The notes below the pieces were generated by a model, which made no database searches, was not told the DNA's origin, and saw only the letters and a list, made by a program, of their open reading frames with translations. The position numbers and the translations under genes are program-made. Below are positions 61,159-64,000 of a stretch of 64,000 nucleotides of DNA, one piece after another (within the stretch, counting starts at the first letter, position 1; every line of letters starts with the position of its first letter). Origin of the DNA: Chrysomallon squamiferum (Eukaryota > Animalia > Mollusca); the NCBI GenBank assembly GCA_012295275.1, contig CM022669.1, positions 16,678,001 to 16,742,000 of the forward strand, written 5' to 3'.

Positions 61159-62145
61159 CTCTCTCAGGGTTTAAAACAAAATCTCTGTTCTCATCATCTT
61201 TAAATGTTTTATATGCTTATTTTTCTCTCTCCATCATACACACACATTTTTCTCTATAATTCTCCATCCATATTTCATTTATTTCTTCTCTTTTCTGTTT
61301 CATCCTGTATCTGACCTTAGGAAATGATACAAGCTGATTTATTCCCACGTGAATTTGGTTGTCATGACAGTCTCCCGTATATCATTAATTAAAATATTGC
61401 TCAGTGCAGTGTGACTAACGAAAAGACCTCAAATTTAAAAAAACTAATACTTTTTATTTGTATTATGACTAGGAACCATGAAATCTGCATTCTGTATTCT
61501 GTGTCTGTATGTGAGTCCTTGTGAATATGTATGTGTTTATGTGTCTATGTGTGTTTACATCTATTTGTGCAGCTATCTGCATGTGTGTGTATATGTATGG
61601 TTGCTTTTCTTTGTATGTATGTATATGTGTATGTATGTATGTAGTGTGTGTGTATGTGTGTGTGTGTTTTGTAACCAAGACAACTAGGCGGACATTGTCA
61701 GATCTGAACTCAACACTTCAAGAGCTGAACAAATCCAGAAAATCTTGTTCTATTGACTAAAGACCAGGATCGCGACATCTGGTGGCACGATCTCTGACCT
61801 TGTCAAATGCTGATGTCCAGAAGCGATATTTCTTGATAAAAATTACTGTGGATTATTCCTGGTAATACCTATTCAAGCCTTAGGAGATTATATAAGGCCA
61901 AGTAAAGTCAAGTATTAACCACGGTTAAAAAGGCTGGCTGCCACACAGAAAGCGTGCAGTAGGATGGTGATAGTGAACAACGACTGTGGCAGTTTCGGTG
62001 GAATCATTACCATGGTCAAGTACACTTGATTAAATAGACCAGTGATGGAAGGTGACAGGCAGTAATTGCATTGAGTTAGGTGAACACGCAAATGGAATAG
62101 GGAAAACGGTGCCGGGGAAATGCCTTTCACTATGGTGTACAAAAG

Positions 62146-62212
<67 letters not shown>

Positions 62213-62290
62213 CAACCATCTGTTCTATTTTTGTCATTTCCATTTAACAATGAATCCTCGTTTTAATAACAGTTATCTCCTTTAAATCTT

Positions 62291-62428
<138 letters not shown>

Positions 62429-64000
62429 TACTCCATATTTTATTTAGATTATTTTTTTTTCTTCCAAAATGCGTCTGTTTGTCTGTCTGTCTGTTAGGCA
62501 GCTATAACACTAATCACACAGTCAGCAGGGCGGAGTCTTTATCTCGACCCGCATCTCTGACAATCACCTTCATTTAAAACGCACCACAAAAAAAGCGTAT
62601 TGTTTCCCAGCGTAAAATTGCTGCAGACCGGCTATTAACAGCAGTTGTGAATAACGGTCCCTAGCAAGTAAATACCCCGAGTTTCACATTTAGCATTTTG
62701 AAAGCGCTCTCAGTCACGTACTAATTACACACAGCGTGGCCGCGCTGGCGTTCCAGTAATAATGGTCTTTGAAGCCAAGTACACTACACTACTACTCATC
62801 GATTGGGTTCCACGAAGAAACGACGACGTGTTTACGACCATCTGGTTAGAAAAGTCCCCCCCCCGTGTACGTGTACGTGGTGGTGTCGTTTGAAAACATT
62901 TTTCTTTTTTTTTTTTCGTTCCAGGGACTTTTTGTCAAGCGTCAATATATTATTCATTTCATTTCTCGTGTTTATTTCCAATAATATCATGTTTTGTTGT
63001 TCGTGAAAATAGATGATCTTGGCATTTGTAACGGCAGTTCCAGGCTGGCGGTTATAAATGCAACTGTCAGAAAAGCGTTGGTATTTCGTCTTTTTGTTGG
63101 TTTTTGTTGTTTTTTTGTTATTGTTTTGTTGTTTTTTTCTTATGTTTTTTTTTTTGTTTTGTTGTTTTGGTTTTTATTTTTACTTTGTTTTGTTTTGATT
63201 ATTTCAAGATTTGGTTAAATTATCATAAGATACAGATATATATGAAAAAAAAATTAAAATTATATTATTTTTAAAATTTGTTTGTTATAGTCATTTCGCA
63301 TTATTATTATTATTATTGCCAACATAAATTCCTCTACTAATATATAGTTTTAGATGTCAGTGGCATTTATGAACTTGTACAAATGATTCTTTATGAATTA
63401 ATGTACTGAATATATTTCTAACAACAATACGGATTGAAGCTGGTACGTGAAGAGAGATCGACACGCAGAAACCACCTGTGACTGGAATAATATTTTCTCT
63501 AATCATCAACGATTATATTTCCAGCGTAAAATTTTTGTTCAACCCAGATAAGTAATGTGATTTCCCAACAACAATAATTTTGTTTTGCAAAATAGGTTTT
63601 ATGGCAAAATGCAAATGCACGAGGGAGCACATGGGATAAATATATGTATAAATATTTATTTAATAGCTCAGCAGTATATTTTATTATTGATGAATAGTCA
63701 GTTAGAGGTTTTGTGTAATGATGGCATTTCGTGGAAAAATTGATATAGCACGAAATTCTCTTACTGTTTAGCATCAAGGGATTTTTTTTATATGGTAATA
63801 TTGGAGCTGTTAAGACCACTGGATATATATTATTGAATACTTATAATTTAAAAAACAAAATGTCAAAAAAATAATAATAATAATAATAAAAATAAAAATA
63901 CAAATAAAAAAGAAACACTTGTCAAATACTGGAATATCTTTCAGAATTTTTTTTTCACGCTAATTTCTGCAACAATGATACATCATAAAATCTGCTTATA

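Overview
AT-rich, microsatellite-dense animal genomic DNA. It is probably an invertebrate, most likely a mollusc or other lophotrochozoan such as a cephalopod, but the taxon is inferred, not shown. The window appears to lie entirely within one large minus-strand gene encoding a small-conductance Ca2+-activated K+ channel (SK/KCNN family). Three internal coding exons with canonical AG/GT boundaries splice in frame into 217 codons: 49905-49810 (S2, 96 bp), 10901-10483 (S3-S5, 419 bp) and 3354-3219 (turret, pore helix, GYGD filter and start of S6, 136 bp). They are separated by introns of 38,908 and 7,128 bp. I did not find the S1 exon or the rest of S6/CaM-binding domain in the window. The supplied ORF track captures one exon fully and one partly; the other ORFs look like repeat or low-complexity artefacts. 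The intronic sequence contains SSR arrays, degenerate minisatellites, local duplications, two fold-back hairpins, a TIR-bounded MITE-like element, SINE-like remnants and candidate regulatory motifs. I found no convincing novel multi-gene system. The best leads are a divergent S3-S4 linker, a hairpin-masked candidate poison exon, a two-copy 93-bp intronic element, hairpins with sense-strand A:C mismatches, and seven perfect CRE sites.
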